Translations under genes and position numbers: made by a program
Origin: a virus
Reading direction: 5' to 3' (one strand)
Length of the DNA: 64,000 bases
Virus record (IMG/VR): IMGVR_UViG_3300023184_004167
Location: 74,366 to 138,365 of that record
Shown here: piece by piece, positions 10,161 to 22,300 of the stretch
Layout: each line of letters begins with the position of its first letter
How positions within the stretch are numbered: position 1 is the first letter of the stretch
The notes under the pieces: model-generated
Databases searched by the model: none
What the model was told of the DNA's origin: nothing
The model's input: the letters and a program-made list of their open reading frames with translations, nothing else

Positions 10161-11012
10161 TTAGAATGGTAATTCCGTATCGGGTTCATCATTCGCTTGT
10201 GGGTCAACATAATTTTTAGATTTTGAACTACCACCCATAGAGGTTGTAGATTCTTCATCATCACCATAAGCGTATCCACCTTTTTCGCTATCCCATTTCG
10301 GTGTCTTTCCTTGTGCAATTGCCTCAAGATATTCCACAGGTTTTTTAGCGTAAACATCATTCCAAGTTAATGGGTCGTTAATCCACTCTTTAGCTTGTTC
10401 AGCGTCTGTGTGAACTGGAGCTGGGTCATCATACATAACAGTTGATACTGTAGTATATTCTTTACCTTTTGGTGTTTTTGATTTAGTTAACTCTATAATC
10501 AAATCACGTCCTTTTTCAGGGTCGGTAATATCACCTTTGTTTCTCCAAATCGGAATGATTTTATCAAGGATACCATCATTTTTGTAGTTGTGTTTAAATC
10601 TCCAAAATTTTGGGCCGTCTTCTTCTTTGTCTCTGTCAATAACCTTAACAATGTAGAATTTGCGAGATTTGTATTGCTTTGCCAATTCTTTGTCAGATTC
10701 TTTTCCTGTTGACATAAGTTCTTCATAAACTTCATTCAATGGAGAACGCTCATTTGCGTTTTTAGCTGGGTCGTAGAATTTTTGCCATTGTCCACCAACT
10801 TGGATTTCGTGATACCAAGCCTCTTTAAATGGTGAAGAACCATCTGGCGTAGGTAGGATTCTAATTCTTCTTTGTCCTGATTTTTCTTTATCACTTAATA
10901 AAAGTGCAAAATACTTCTTCATTCTTTCGTCTTGCGACATCTTGTTTTGGGCTCCGCCCGTTCCTTGCGAGGATTTTTCATACTGTGCCAATACGGCGTC
11001 TAATGCATTCAT
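10161..11012 (-). CDS. Single-stranded DNA-binding protein (T4 gp32-like)
   Basis: RIRILP...PFKEAWYH, DITDPEKGRDLII, acidic C-terminal tail ending DTELPF; next to recombinase. Confidence 0.85.
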   Translation of the reverse strand: MNALDAVLAQYEKSSQGTGGAQNKMSQDERMKKYFALLLSDKEKSGQRRIRILPTPDGSSPFKEAWYHEIQVGGQWQKFYDPAKNANERSPLNEVYEELMSTGKESDKELAKQYKSRKFYIVKVIDRDKEEDGPKFWRFKHNYKNDGILDKIIPIWRNKGDITDPEKGRDLIIELTKSKTPKGKEYTTVSTVMYDDPAPVHTDAEQAKEWINDPLTWNDVYAKKPVEYLEAIAQGKTPKWDSEKGGYAYGDDEESTTSMGGSSKSKNYVDPQANDEPDTELPF

Positions 11013-11041
11013 AAAAATTTATTTTTAATTGTTTATACATA

Positions 11042-11070
11042 AATATAGTCATTAATTACCCTTATGTCAA
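11042..11070 (-). promoter_or_regulatory. Sigma70-type promoter for SSB, overlapping TATTTAT motif
   Basis: Minus strand TTGACA-N17-TATATT(TAT). Confidence 0.72.
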
Positions 11071-11072
11071 AT

Positions 11073-11101
11073 AAAAAAGGTATCACTTTTTGTGATACCT
11101 T
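11073..11101 (-). terminator. Rho-independent terminator
   Basis: AAGGTATCAC/GTGATACCTT perfect stem plus T6. Confidence 0.85.
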
Positions 11102-11124
11102 CATATATTATTATTTATAATTTG

Positions 11125-11787
11125 TTATTTTCTGTAGTCTTCTTCTTCATCTTCTCCTGAATTTGGAAGAAAAGTATCTTTAATTTCACTATCCGAAATA
11201 TCTGTAACATCATCTGTTGTTAACACATAATCATTCTTTCCTGTTTTTTCCATATCACCTTTTTTATCCTCAAAAAAGTCAGATAACTTTTGATTAAATG
11301 GATATGAATCATATGTTCTTAACTCTAATTTTTCTTGTGGAGTTTTTTCTCTATATTTTTCAATCTTATTCTCCAATGAATTAAGTTTATTAACTATTAC
11401 ATCCATTTCAGATAATTTAGATTCAAGATTTGTAAGTTGTGAAAACAAATTGTTAAAATAGTCATCTTGTTTCTTTTCAATGTTTTCTTGAGATTTAACT
11501 AAATCTGTAACATCTAATTCTTCTGAGTCTCCTTTTCCTTCCTCAGATTTACCTTTTTCATCAATCTTTTCAACATCCTCATCTGCATCAACATCAATTG
11601 GTTGTGGTTCTGCCCCAGGTGCTGGTGGTGGGGGTGCTCCTGCCGCTGCGTCTGCAGGTGGTGGTGGAACATCTCCTCCCGGTGCAGGTGGTGGGGGCGG
11701 TGGTGGTGGAGCGTCTTGCTCCATTATGTATTTATTTATACTCTTATATCTTTCTATTTCATTTAAGATTTTTCTATCTATTGACAT
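11125..11787 (-). CDS. Acidic polyproline / coiled-coil protein (possible internal head protein)
   Basis: ILNE..IMEQ N-terminus, PPPPPPP tracts, acidic linker, heptad-like segment. Confidence 0.6.
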   Translation of the reverse strand: MSIDRKILNEIERYKSINKYIMEQDAPPPPPPPPAPGGDVPPPPADAAAGAPPPPAPGAEPQPIDVDADEDVEKIDEKGKSEEGKGDSEELDVTDLVKSQENIEKKQDDYFNNLFSQLTNLESKLSEMDVIVNKLNSLENKIEKYREKTPQEKLELRTYDSYPFNQKLSDFFEDKKGDMEKTGKNDYVLTTDDVTDISDSEIKDTFLPNSGEDEEEDYRK

Positions 11788-11789
11788 TG

Positions 11790-12014
11790 TTAATCATTTA
11801 ATAATTGTTTTATACCTCTTACAGTTTCTACTTTAATTTTTCTATTTGCGGTTGATTGATGTCCGGCTCTTTCAATCAATCCGTCCTTTTCTCTTACAAC
11901 ATAACAGTCTCCTGTTTCCAAATCACAAACTTCTTTTGTTCCGTCACCATTACTTTGTTCAGAGTATTTACCCTGTTTACCTAAATAATTGTTTAATTTT
12001 GATGTTAAGTCCAT
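11790..12014 (-). CDS. Hypothetical protein
   Basis: 74-aa ORF with upstream TATTTAT (12029-12035); CDLETGDC. Confidence 0.65.
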   Translation of the reverse strand: MDLTSKLNNYLGKQGKYSEQSNGDGTKEVCDLETGDCYVVREKDGLIERAGHQSTANRKIKVETVRGIKQLLND

Positions 12015-12056
12015 AATATAATTTATTAATAAATATCATCAATTGTTGAATATTAC

Positions 12057-15000
12057 TTATATTATAACATTGCTTGTTATAATTGTAGTTTTTTGTTGTC
12101 TTGTTGTATCTGGTTGTCCGTTTTGTAAAATAGGGTCAGCGTATACAGTATATATAAATGAATAAGTTCCAGGTGATACCTGTGCTCGTAGTGAACAAGA
12201 ATCTAACGCATCTTGATATGGTGTCATAAACCATTTTTGGTCACTTATTTTTGATGTTAATGCTCCTCCATCTCCACCACAAGGAGAATTTGACGCCAAA
12301 TTAAATCTTATTGACACAATCTTCCATAAACCAACATTGGTTGATATGGTGACAACAATTCTATTGTCATTACCATTAGATGTTATTCTTTCAATTGTGA
12401 ATATATTTGTAGTTGGTGGTAAAACTATCGGTAATGGTGATGGTGTTGGTGTTGGTGTCATTTTTGCATTATTACTACCATATAATAATGCATTAAAATT
12501 ACTAATAATTATTCCATTTTTTTCAGCATTTTTTAACCCGTCATCTAACCTAGATAACACAAAAATAGGTATTTTATCTGTTGCTAAATAATTTGACACA
12601 GGTATAATTTGATTATCATCTTCCCATTCACACATATAAAACTGACCAATACCAATATTTGAACTAATTTTAGTAACCAATGGGGTTAATCTTGAAACCA
12701 TAAAACCAATAAATGTGTCTATATCTTTAAAACTAGCAATAGGTAATGATTGAGTACCATTTTGAATTTCTGAATTTACACAAGAATAATATTTTGAAAA
12801 AAAAGTTGGGTATGTTGTTTTATATTTATTATCAACTAATGTTATCATTGCAAGGTTATTATTAAACCCTCGAAACACATTATCTTTAAATGTTCTTATA
12901 TAACATAGAGCATATATAATTGCTTGTAAATTAGAATCAGTTGTTGCTTTTTTAATTTTATTCGCCAAATCTTTTTGATTTATAACAGATTCTGTTGCCC
13001 CACTTGATTCAAACTTCGCATCTATATAAATTTGATTAACTTTTGTAGTACAACTATTCTCCGCCGCCTTAGTATTATTAGCGTTAATGGTTGCGTTAGT
13101 TGAATTACTTAAATTATTATTAACCACATTAGTTTTTTCTTCTCCGCCATTTAGTACCGCTTTTTCAAGCTTTGTTAATAAATTTTTATTTATACTTTGT
13201 AAAAAAGTATCAATCGCGGGTAAATCAAACACCCCTTGTCTTGTACCATTAAATGTTGTTTGAAATTGTCCCGGTGAAATTACGTGACTTACATCAGTAA
13301 TAAGATAAGGCCCATTAAACATTGGTACGTGTCTTAAATTAAAATACATTGTTGGTTGTATCATTGCATTACCTAAACTAATAACCTGACATCCATAACT
13401 TCTTTGAGCATAATAATTATATAAACTAACATTTTGTGTCGCTGTTTCCCTTCCACTCGCCTGATTAATCATATTCATCAAGGTTGATGTTGATTCTGCA
13501 GTTCCCTGACCATTCTCTTGACTCACATTAAAAGAAGAAAACACATTTTGATTTCTAATTCCAATATCAACAGTAAAACCAACACATTTGTTAGATTTTG
13601 CATAATCTTTTTTTCCTTTTGGGTCTTCACTTAGTGGGTTTCCTGAATTTTTTTCTAATTGTATCCCATCACTTCTAAATAAAAAGTTTTTGCTTTCGGG
13701 TAAATCCACATAAGATGCCGGTCTACCAACAAAAAAACAAACCATTTTAGGACCAGCGTTTGTATAATCAACAGTTGTAAATGTTCCCCACATATTATTA
13801 GCAAAATCTGAAGAACCTCCACCAGGTATTGGTGACTCTACCCCATCTTTAACTTGATAGTTATAAAAATTAACATACGCAGGCAAATTCATAATTGTGA
13901 AGTTGTTATGAATAAGTAATCCACCAATGAATGTATAAACACTTGTTGTTAAATTTAAATTCTTTTCATTTAACAGGTCTTTTAATGTAAAAATATCTAA
14001 TAATAAAGTATCTCCAATATTTCTTGACGCTCTATCTAAAAATAATATGTCTTCAAAAAAAGTTTTACTTTTATAATCACCTCCAGCAATCCATTTATCA
14101 TTTAACGCTTTGAACGCCTCATATAAATCAACTTTTGATTGTTGACCATCAACTTTGCTATCAATTACTTTTTCAGGAACTTCTTGATAATTGGGTAATT
14201 GATTTTTTACCGCAGTAAGAATACCCTCTAAAGTGTCATTTTGTAATTTATTACAAACACCCAAATATGTATTCAATGCTGTATTAAATTGTGTTGATGT
14301 AAGTGTCGGTGTTTCTAATTTTTGTGTTGCATACATTTTAATTAGAGGTGATAATGATATAATATTATCTTGAGTAAATTTAATATTATTATCAATAAAG
14401 AAATCGGTAATATATGACCCAGTATTTTTATATTGTAATTCAGGTATTGTTGAGAACCCAACAGATAATTCTAATTGTTTCCATTCATTAGGATAATTAG
14501 CCATTGATTGGGTTAATGTAGTTGTTCCGTTTACTGAAGGTAAACTTCCTTGAGAATATGGTTCAAAAATTTTGGGTGTTGCCAAACCCCCTGAATTAAC
14601 TAATTGTGCCGTTTGTTGTAAAGCTAAACCAATATTTGCCGTGCTTTTAAATGTTGAATGTGATAAAAAGGAGTCAAAAATAAACCTATTATAATTTGAA
14701 GGATTACCATATTTAAAAATTACATCATATTGTAAAAACTTCAAAAGTACTGAAGAGAAATTATCTAACTGATTGTTAATTGATGATAAGAAATATGTCT
14801 CATTGGTTACACCTTGTTGTGGTGCATTAATTACCATTAAATTTTTAAACAACATTTGGAAATTTTTAAATACAATTGTATTATCTCCTGTTGATTGTCC
14901 GTAATTTAATTTTGTTGCTGGTGTTGCGGTAACATTGTCTTCAGATTTTGAGAAGTTTAAAAACTCAATTTCAAAGGTATCCAATATCTCTTTTTCAAAA

Positions 15001-18000
15001 ACTGAAAATAACTCTTCAATTTTTGTATACTTATTTTGATTTGATAATTTATATGGTGATAAATTTTCTCCTGTTCCAATTATTTCATTTAAATAAGATT
15101 CTGTGTCAGGTTTTACTATTTGTGTGTCATCAAAATAACCATAGTTAGGTGCCGCCCAAAGTGTTCTCATTGAACCATTATAAACTGATGTATTTCCCGT
15201 TATTGAATAACCAGGAAGAACTGATTGAGCGGTTGTTAATGGTGGCACTGATGTAAATGTTACCAATGAATCAACAACTTGATTTTGTGAGCCCCCAAAA
15301 GAAGGGACAGTATAATACCCTGTATTACTTGGATTTGGTATTAAAACCGACCAAGTAACATATCTTAATGGAACATTATTTTGACTTATGTTTAAATTTG
15401 ATTGTGTAAAGTTATATAACTTTACCCCCCCATTAATTGTGTTTTGTATCTCTGCATCACTATATGTAGAATACAAATCAATCCCATTAAAAAAGTAATT
15501 AAAATCATTTATTAGTTTTGGATAAAACCCTGATTGTACATTAATCCCCGCAGAACTACTTGATTCAAGTTGAATTGTATTTCCCGTTTGTCCATTAAAA
15601 TCTAAAGTATATATTTTACTTGGGTTGTTTGTTATTGGGTCAAAACTTTTTTTATAATCAACACTTTTCCAAATTTTTGTTAAAAAGTCAGGGTTACCAG
15701 ATTTTGATTGTTTGTATCTATACCAAATAGAACCTATCTTTAAAATCCAAGCGTATGGTAATTTATGTATTGCACCAAATTTCTTCAAAGATGCAAACAT
15801 ATAATCAAGTTGATTTAACCCTGTTGATTCTGTTTTATATCTTTCCCTTAATGACATTAAAGGTAATGAGTTTATAAAAAGATATGCCGCTTCAACAAAT
15901 GGTAATTCATTTTTATTTTTCATTTTAGCAACACCCTCAGAAATTGCATTTACAAAAAATGGTGTATTAAGAATAGAAGTTGTTGTTCTTATTGGTAATT
16001 TGCCCGACAACGCATTAAAAATTGTTGTTGTTTTATTATTTGGGACATCAAAATAACAATATCCTTCCGTAGGTAAAAAAGACTTAGGAAATCTATTATA
16101 ATAAAAATTAATTAGAAACCCAGATTGATTAGTTGACGAATATGCCTGACTTAATGATAACGGGTTTTGTATATTATTATAAGAGAAATTAGTTACAGGT
16201 CTGGTTTGAGTATAGTTATTTAACTCAGTAAAATTAGAAATAATATCCCTTTGTTTATATATCTTTAACACTTTTGTTGTGTTATATGGATTACCAACAC
16301 TAACATTATTATCAATAAGATTTGCTGTCGCCCACGTAGAATTTGTAAACGGATATAAATCAGTTATGTTTGGTTCGTTTGTTTGTGTTGATTTAACAAT
16401 GCTTTCCAACTTTGTGCTGTCAACATTTGTTGCCGGTTCTTTACCAATATCATCAACATTTAATATTGCAAAAGATTTTTTTGTATAACTTTCAATATAT
16501 GATGTAACAAAAATGTCTTTAATGAAATCTATATATGATTGTCCTGAACCATTATTTGATATTTCCTTTAAAAAAGTAACATAGTTAGCTGCAGTATATT
16601 TTAAATTCTTTAATTTAGTATTTAAATACGGATTACTAACACCCAAAGATGTTAAAAGGTTTTTAGATTCTACCCTAATAATTAATTTAATTAACTCATT
16701 ATACTCAGCATCACCATTTTTAAATCTACTTAAATTATCATATCTAGAAGTCATAAATTGTCTTTCCCATATCTCATAAAAAAACTTAACTTCTTCTTTA
16801 TTACTATAAGCAATATCCGATTGTGGAAATTCTATTGCATTTATATTAATGAAATCTGTGAATTGTTGTATATTTGTATCATCTGATGAATTTGGTTCGG
16901 TATATTTTTGAGTTAACCCTTTAATGTATTCCTCAATAAATTCTACCTCTGGCCATTTATCATACAAATAACCTTTTGTTAAATTAACAACTGTCGGGTC
17001 TCCAATATATTTTAATTGGTATTTTCCTTTTTTATCATCCCCAAGTTGTTCAAAAAAGAATTGAGGCCAAGGATAAACAGGTGTTTGTAAAACACTAGTA
17101 TTTGATGCGTTTTCTATTACATTTGGGACAACCATCTTGGTGTCAGAACCTTGAACTGAAGACGGGTTATTTAATATTGCATTCTTTCTAACTATATCAT
17201 ATTTTACATCCCACGCCTTTGTATGTGTATCATCCAATAATCTAATAAACCCTTCTGCAGAAGCCATAATAACACCAACAATATTTCTAACGGTAGGAAC
17301 AAATCCTATTCCTGTTTTTGAATCCCTTATTTTATCGGCCAGTTGAGCAGAAAGTTTTGCCTCAGTTTCAGACAATACTTTACCTGCCTGAGCAACCATT
17401 GTTTGAACAATTTCATTAAATCTATTTGTTCCATCAAAAATATAAAAATATGGTTTTAAAAAAACCAAAACATTTGACGGATTGTCTTTATTAACAAATG
17501 GTGTTGGTCCACCAATTGTACCAAGAGCAGTTTTAAAACTACCTAAAGTTGCTGGTGTAAAAAGTTTAGTATATGATAATATTAATTCGTTAATCTGATT
17601 TAATGTTGGTTGAATTATTTGAGTTTGTTCTGCGGTTGTCCTTTCCCAATCAATATCCGCACTTGTTGTAATACCAGTCATATTAGTAACCGATATACCA
17701 TTTGTTATTTTTGATGGTCCGTCTTTTCCTAATGTTGGGTTGCTGTCTAAAACCTCATTATAATCTTTTATAATACCTTCCAACGCAGTTTCTGCTGTAG
17801 GTTTTTCTGTGTCCAAAAACTCATTTTTATATGCGTAATACCTTTTTCCTGTATTTTTTTCAATAAATGGTTTTGGATTTAAATATTTCACAAACCAAGA
17901 ATCAGAATCACCAATTACCTTTCCATACAACGCTTTTAATTTTTCTATATATGTTCTAATATTTGTTAATGGCTCAACATCACTTTTTGGAAAACTATCT

Positions 18001-19037
18001 ATAATATTTTTTTCAAAGTTATCCAACTTTTTCATTAGTTGTTGTAATGTAAGTTCTGGAAAATCTTTATCTATTAATCCCTTACTTTTATACTCACTAT
18101 AAACTTCACGAATCTTTTGATACCCTCTTTCTGAATACATTTGTTGCACAACCGCAGTTTTACTATTTGATGCGTTTGGTATATTTGCAGATTGTTGAGA
18201 TGCCGCTGCCTGTTGACTGTCTGACGGCGCTTGAGAAGTATTTGAATTTGATATGTCAAATCTTGATGAAAACATATGGGGTGCCGCCAATAAATGACCC
18301 ATAGAAATTTCATTCAAGATGTTAAACTTATAACCTTTTAGATTTAAAGTAATCTGATAATTACCACTCATTGAATTAAAACTCGCACTGAACTTTTCTA
18401 AATTGAGTTGATATCTTACCGCCTGTCCATAATATCCTTTAATTGTTAAATAAAATGGGGGATATGGTAAATGAAAGAAAGCCGCATATGGAGAATTTTC
18501 TCCTAATTGAAATAATGCCCTCCCTTGAACATCTTCAAGTAATATTGTTACTGTTGGAATAAATGACCCAGATGTTTTAATATTAATACTTGTTATCCCT
18601 AATAAACCATTATCAATAGTTCCTTCTTTTCCGTCTGTAAGTGCTGTTAATTTTGTATACCCCTTATCCCCATTTGATGCTGGTATGTATTCAGATTGTG
18701 TTTGATTTGTACCCTTACCTTTTATTGAATTCTCACCAGTTAATTCGTCATAATAATTTGTTGTGAGATAACCATCTTTTGTTGGATTAAGAAAATTAAT
18801 TTTACCTATGGATACAGTTCTAATACTATCTGGAGAACTTCCAACCGCTAACTTTGTTCTAGGTAATAATTCCGCCTCAAGATTAGCAAACATAATTAAA
18901 TTTTCATGGTCTACCAATCTCTCGGATATATTACCTTGACTATCTATAGTTTTGTTTGGGTCAACAATTATTATATTGTTATAATCAAACTCAGTATATA
19001 CTTTTCCGCTTTTGTCTCCTTGGATGTTACCTACCAT
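12057..19037 (-). CDS. Giant virion protein, probable baseplate hub
   Basis: 2326 aa; N-terminal LGITSINIK..FIPTVTILLEDVQGRALF..PYPPFYLTIKGYYG and C-terminal LGNAMIQPTMYF..GPYLITDVSHVISPGQFQTTF resemble hub (gp27/gpD-like) elements; lies in tail module. Confidence 0.65.
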   Translation of the reverse strand: MVGNIQGDKSGKVYTEFDYNNIIIVDPNKTIDSQGNISERLVDHENLIMFANLEAELLPRTKLAVGSSPDSIRTVSIGKINFLNPTKDGYLTTNYYDELTGENSIKGKGTNQTQSEYIPASNGDKGYTKLTALTDGKEGTIDNGLLGITSINIKTSGSFIPTVTILLEDVQGRALFQLGENSPYAAFFHLPYPPFYLTIKGYYGQAVRYQLNLEKFSASFNSMSGNYQITLNLKGYKFNILNEISMGHLLAAPHMFSSRFDISNSNTSQAPSDSQQAAASQQSANIPNASNSKTAVVQQMYSERGYQKIREVYSEYKSKGLIDKDFPELTLQQLMKKLDNFEKNIIDSFPKSDVEPLTNIRTYIEKLKALYGKVIGDSDSWFVKYLNPKPFIEKNTGKRYYAYKNEFLDTEKPTAETALEGIIKDYNEVLDSNPTLGKDGPSKITNGISVTNMTGITTSADIDWERTTAEQTQIIQPTLNQINELILSYTKLFTPATLGSFKTALGTIGGPTPFVNKDNPSNVLVFLKPYFYIFDGTNRFNEIVQTMVAQAGKVLSETEAKLSAQLADKIRDSKTGIGFVPTVRNIVGVIMASAEGFIRLLDDTHTKAWDVKYDIVRKNAILNNPSSVQGSDTKMVVPNVIENASNTSVLQTPVYPWPQFFFEQLGDDKKGKYQLKYIGDPTVVNLTKGYLYDKWPEVEFIEEYIKGLTQKYTEPNSSDDTNIQQFTDFININAIEFPQSDIAYSNKEEVKFFYEIWERQFMTSRYDNLSRFKNGDAEYNELIKLIIRVESKNLLTSLGVSNPYLNTKLKNLKYTAANYVTFLKEISNNGSGQSYIDFIKDIFVTSYIESYTKKSFAILNVDDIGKEPATNVDSTKLESIVKSTQTNEPNITDLYPFTNSTWATANLIDNNVSVGNPYNTTKVLKIYKQRDIISNFTELNNYTQTRPVTNFSYNNIQNPLSLSQAYSSTNQSGFLINFYYNRFPKSFLPTEGYCYFDVPNNKTTTIFNALSGKLPIRTTTSILNTPFFVNAISEGVAKMKNKNELPFVEAAYLFINSLPLMSLRERYKTESTGLNQLDYMFASLKKFGAIHKLPYAWILKIGSIWYRYKQSKSGNPDFLTKIWKSVDYKKSFDPITNNPSKIYTLDFNGQTGNTIQLESSSSAGINVQSGFYPKLINDFNYFFNGIDLYSTYSDAEIQNTINGGVKLYNFTQSNLNISQNNVPLRYVTWSVLIPNPSNTGYYTVPSFGGSQNQVVDSLVTFTSVPPLTTAQSVLPGYSITGNTSVYNGSMRTLWAAPNYGYFDDTQIVKPDTESYLNEIIGTGENLSPYKLSNQNKYTKIEELFSVFEKEILDTFEIEFLNFSKSEDNVTATPATKLNYGQSTGDNTIVFKNFQMLFKNLMVINAPQQGVTNETYFLSSINNQLDNFSSVLLKFLQYDVIFKYGNPSNYNRFIFDSFLSHSTFKSTANIGLALQQTAQLVNSGGLATPKIFEPYSQGSLPSVNGTTTLTQSMANYPNEWKQLELSVGFSTIPELQYKNTGSYITDFFIDNNIKFTQDNIISLSPLIKMYATQKLETPTLTSTQFNTALNTYLGVCNKLQNDTLEGILTAVKNQLPNYQEVPEKVIDSKVDGQQSKVDLYEAFKALNDKWIAGGDYKSKTFFEDILFLDRASRNIGDTLLLDIFTLKDLLNEKNLNLTTSVYTFIGGLLIHNNFTIMNLPAYVNFYNYQVKDGVESPIPGGGSSDFANNMWGTFTTVDYTNAGPKMVCFFVGRPASYVDLPESKNFLFRSDGIQLEKNSGNPLSEDPKGKKDYAKSNKCVGFTVDIGIRNQNVFSSFNVSQENGQGTAESTSTLMNMINQASGRETATQNVSLYNYYAQRSYGCQVISLGNAMIQPTMYFNLRHVPMFNGPYLITDVSHVISPGQFQTTFNGTRQGVFDLPAIDTFLQSINKNLLTKLEKAVLNGGEEKTNVVNNNLSNSTNATINANNTKAAENSCTTKVNQIYIDAKFESSGATESVINQKDLANKIKKATTDSNLQAIIYALCYIRTFKDNVFRGFNNNLAMITLVDNKYKTTYPTFFSKYYSCVNSEIQNGTQSLPIASFKDIDTFIGFMVSRLTPLVTKISSNIGIGQFYMCEWEDDNQIIPVSNYLATDKIPIFVLSRLDDGLKNAEKNGIIISNFNALLYGSNNAKMTPTPTPSPLPIVLPPTTNIFTIERITSNGNDNRIVVTISTNVGLWKIVSIRFNLASNSPCGGDGGALTSKISDQKWFMTPYQDALDSCSLRAQVSPGTYSFIYTVYADPILQNGQPDTTRQQKTTIITSNVII

Positions 19038-19350
19038 AGTAATAAAAATGATTATTTAATGCTCCTTTATAGTCTTGTAAAGAAGGTAGTAAAGGGAATG
19101 GGATAATCAACATAGCCCCGTCAGGAATATAATTCTCAAGTCCTCCGTATTGTGGGTTTGCTTGTAATATTAACCAACCAAAGAATGGCGTTCCGTAAGA
19201 TTCTTGTGAAATTTTATCTAACCTACTTTTTCCTACCTTATAAATGTATACTTTATCTGTTGTTTTTTGAGGTACTTGCACAAAAGGAACAACGGTTTGT
19301 TGCCCATTTATTAAAAAAGTACTATATCTATTATAATATTGTAGTGCCAT
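19027..19350 (-). CDS. LysM-like baseplate wedge protein (T4 gp53 / P2 gpX-like)
   Basis: RLDKISQESYGTPFFGWLILQANP...IPDGAMLIIP. Confidence 0.8.
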   Translation of the reverse strand: MALQYYNRYSTFLINGQQTVVPFVQVPQKTTDKVYIYKVGKSRLDKISQESYGTPFFGWLILQANPQYGGLENYIPDGAMLIIPFPLLPSLQDYKGALNNHFYYYGR

Positions 19351-22300
19351 TAGTTTAATTTTACTTTACATACAAGAATACCACTACTTGTTTGGTTTGA
19401 CCAATCAGAAAAACTAGGGTATTGGTTAGTTGAATTTCCTAACGCCTTTATTAATTCTTCTCTTCTTTTTTTAAATGGTGATTCACTTTGTCTATCAACA
19501 TTTGTGTTATAAGTAAATTCATATTTTTTTATTTTTGCACCAGTAAATGGTGTAAAAATTAAATAATTTTTTAATTGGTTTTTTTCCATTTCAGTAAAAA
19601 AACTTTGTGTTATTGCATTTTCATTAACAAATAATGTTTTTGCCGATGGGCTTTGTGTTGCATCTATTTTCCAATACGCATCAAATTGTGTTCCAATATC
19701 ACTATCCCCACCCGCAAATAAAGACGGATTACTTAATAAGTTTCCAATAATTTGTTGTTTAAATGTTGTATACTTTACATCATCAATAACATCTTGATTT
19801 AAGATAAAATAGCTTCTTTGAAAAGAAACATCTTTAAATTTTATTTCTCTTGAAAAAGGTACAAATACTTTATCTTCAGGAATTTTTTCAAATCCATAAA
19901 CTAATACTCCATTATAATCTGTTGCTAAATGTTTAAATGTAATTTTTGTTTGGATTACTGTATTAAATTGTGTTATTGCACTAGCAATTTTAATTGAGTC
20001 TCCAGTAAGTTCCCGCAATGTGTCAGGATAAGTTGTGTCATTAACTTTAGTTGTTGGTAACGTAACATAAAGTTTAACAAAAGAATTTTTTTGTTGTAAT
20101 CCATCAGTTCCTGAAACATTTTGTTGTCCAAAAGTTATTGCATTGTTTTTTGCAATATTTGTTATAAGATTTTGTTCTTGTATTACTAAGTCTTGTGTTA
20201 ATTTAGTTAATGCACTCTGATAATTTGATTTCTTAGCTTTTATATAAGTTTTATAATTATCTTTAATTGTTTTTATTGCTTTTGATGTAAAATTTTTAGG
20301 ATGTAGAGTAGTTCCTTTTATAAACTGAATAAATCCTTCTGTATCACTATCAATATCATTTATAAAATCATTAAAAATTTTATCCACACTTTGTTCAACA
20401 TTTTTGGGTTTTCCGAAAAGTTTTGTTTTATCAGATTTAGTATATAGAAACGCTCCATCAGTATAATTTCTTTCTTTATTCCATACTTGTCTAACAGCAT
20501 TATTATACTGACTAACAACTTCTTTATTCTTATTAAAAATAGTTGTAAAATAGTTTTGTGTAGATAATAAGAAACCATTCATATACCCTTGATAATTTAT
20601 AAATCCTGTTTCCCCTGATTGGGTTGTTGTTGCGGATGTAATAACACCAATTGTTTGCCCATTTGATTGCCCATTATTATTTTGAACTTGGTTAACTGTT
20701 GGTGGTGGTACTTGTATATTAAAATAATCTAAAAATTCTTTATCTAAAACTTTGTAACTAGTATCTGTAACATCCGCCCTATCGTCATACATCTCAGTAT
20801 TAGCATAATAGTTAAATGTTAACGCATTCTGTAATTTATCAACCGCTCCTGATAATCCCTGTCCTCCAACAAATTTAAACGACATTGTTATATTCGCAAT
20901 CATAGGTTGAATACCAATTCCTTCAGGATTAATATCTAAATTTTCATATGTTAGACCCAAACTATCAGGTATTATTTTGGTATGGAAAAAATCTCCGACA
21001 CGTAAAATTAAGACAGGAGGTGTTCCAAACGCAGTATTTGTTGCGTTATTATATTGTAAAGCACCATTTTTTTGAGTCACCGGTATTGTGTCACCAGGTC
21101 TTAAACATTGTTGTAAAAAAGTTAATCTTGAGTTTAGTCCTTCGGGTGTTGTTGAGTGAAAAGCGGGGTTAAAGAACTTTAATTTTTCTCTTAAATTGTC
21201 ATACACCATCGGTGTCTCTTCTTTAATAGTTTCAAAATAATCACACTCAGATAGAAGTGAACGTAAAACTCTTTTTGTTATATTATCTCTTATTACTGTC
21301 TTTGTTACTTCTTCAGGTACTTGTGTAGTTTCTGTATAATTTTCAGGTACATCAACATCTTGAGTTACTTTAGTACTTGCTTTTCCTTCAACGGTTGTTT
21401 TAGTATCTGGCGCAGATAGGGTACTAGTATCAATCTTTAATAAATAAGCCCTTCTACAAGCCATTGCCTTTGTTGTGTAAATATCGTGAGAACCAACAGC
21501 TCCTGTTTCTCCATTCTCATCACTACAAGAGTAAGAATTACTTGATTGCCATTGTCCTCCTGTATATTGTTGTACTTGTGCTCGGTCTATCTCCCCTTTG
21601 GGGACCTGGTTAAATAGTAATTTGTTATTTTTTACGTGATTTTTAGTGTGAACATTTTCAGTAAAATAGGTTATTAATGAACCAATTCTTCTTTTAGATA
21701 ACTCAACATTATATGTTTGTGACGCCGGAGCAGAACAACTTGACGCTATTGTTAAACTAATTGTACCTTTATTTTCAGAATTAGATAATAATTTATCAAT
21801 TTCTATCGCCAATTTATCCATATCTTGATAATTCGGTGTAATTACATTATTAAAGAAAGTATTTGATTCACTATTATGTGCAACATATCCTGCAACATTA
21901 CTTGGTGCTGTATATCTAGCATATTCTATTGTATAGTTTTGAGTGTTGTTTCCTGGTTTTGGATAATCATTTCCAAAATAAACTCCTTTATTATTAAAGT
22001 CGTCAAGTGTTTTTATTGGTGTTTTGGTAGATGTAAAGGTATTGGGGGTTGCGTCTTCACCAGTTGTTACACTTTGTTTTACATATCTCATTCTTTCTGT
22101 TGAGACATCTCTATTCTGAATTTCTTTTTGTATTTCAAATAAATCATTTGGATTTACTGTATAGTATTTTTTTGCCAAATCATATAAATCATACTTTCTA
22201 CATCCCGCAAAGAAAGATTCTAAGATACTATCAATTCTAACTTTGTTAGTTTCATTTGCCAAAACTTTATTAACAATAAGATTTAAAACAGATGGATGGT

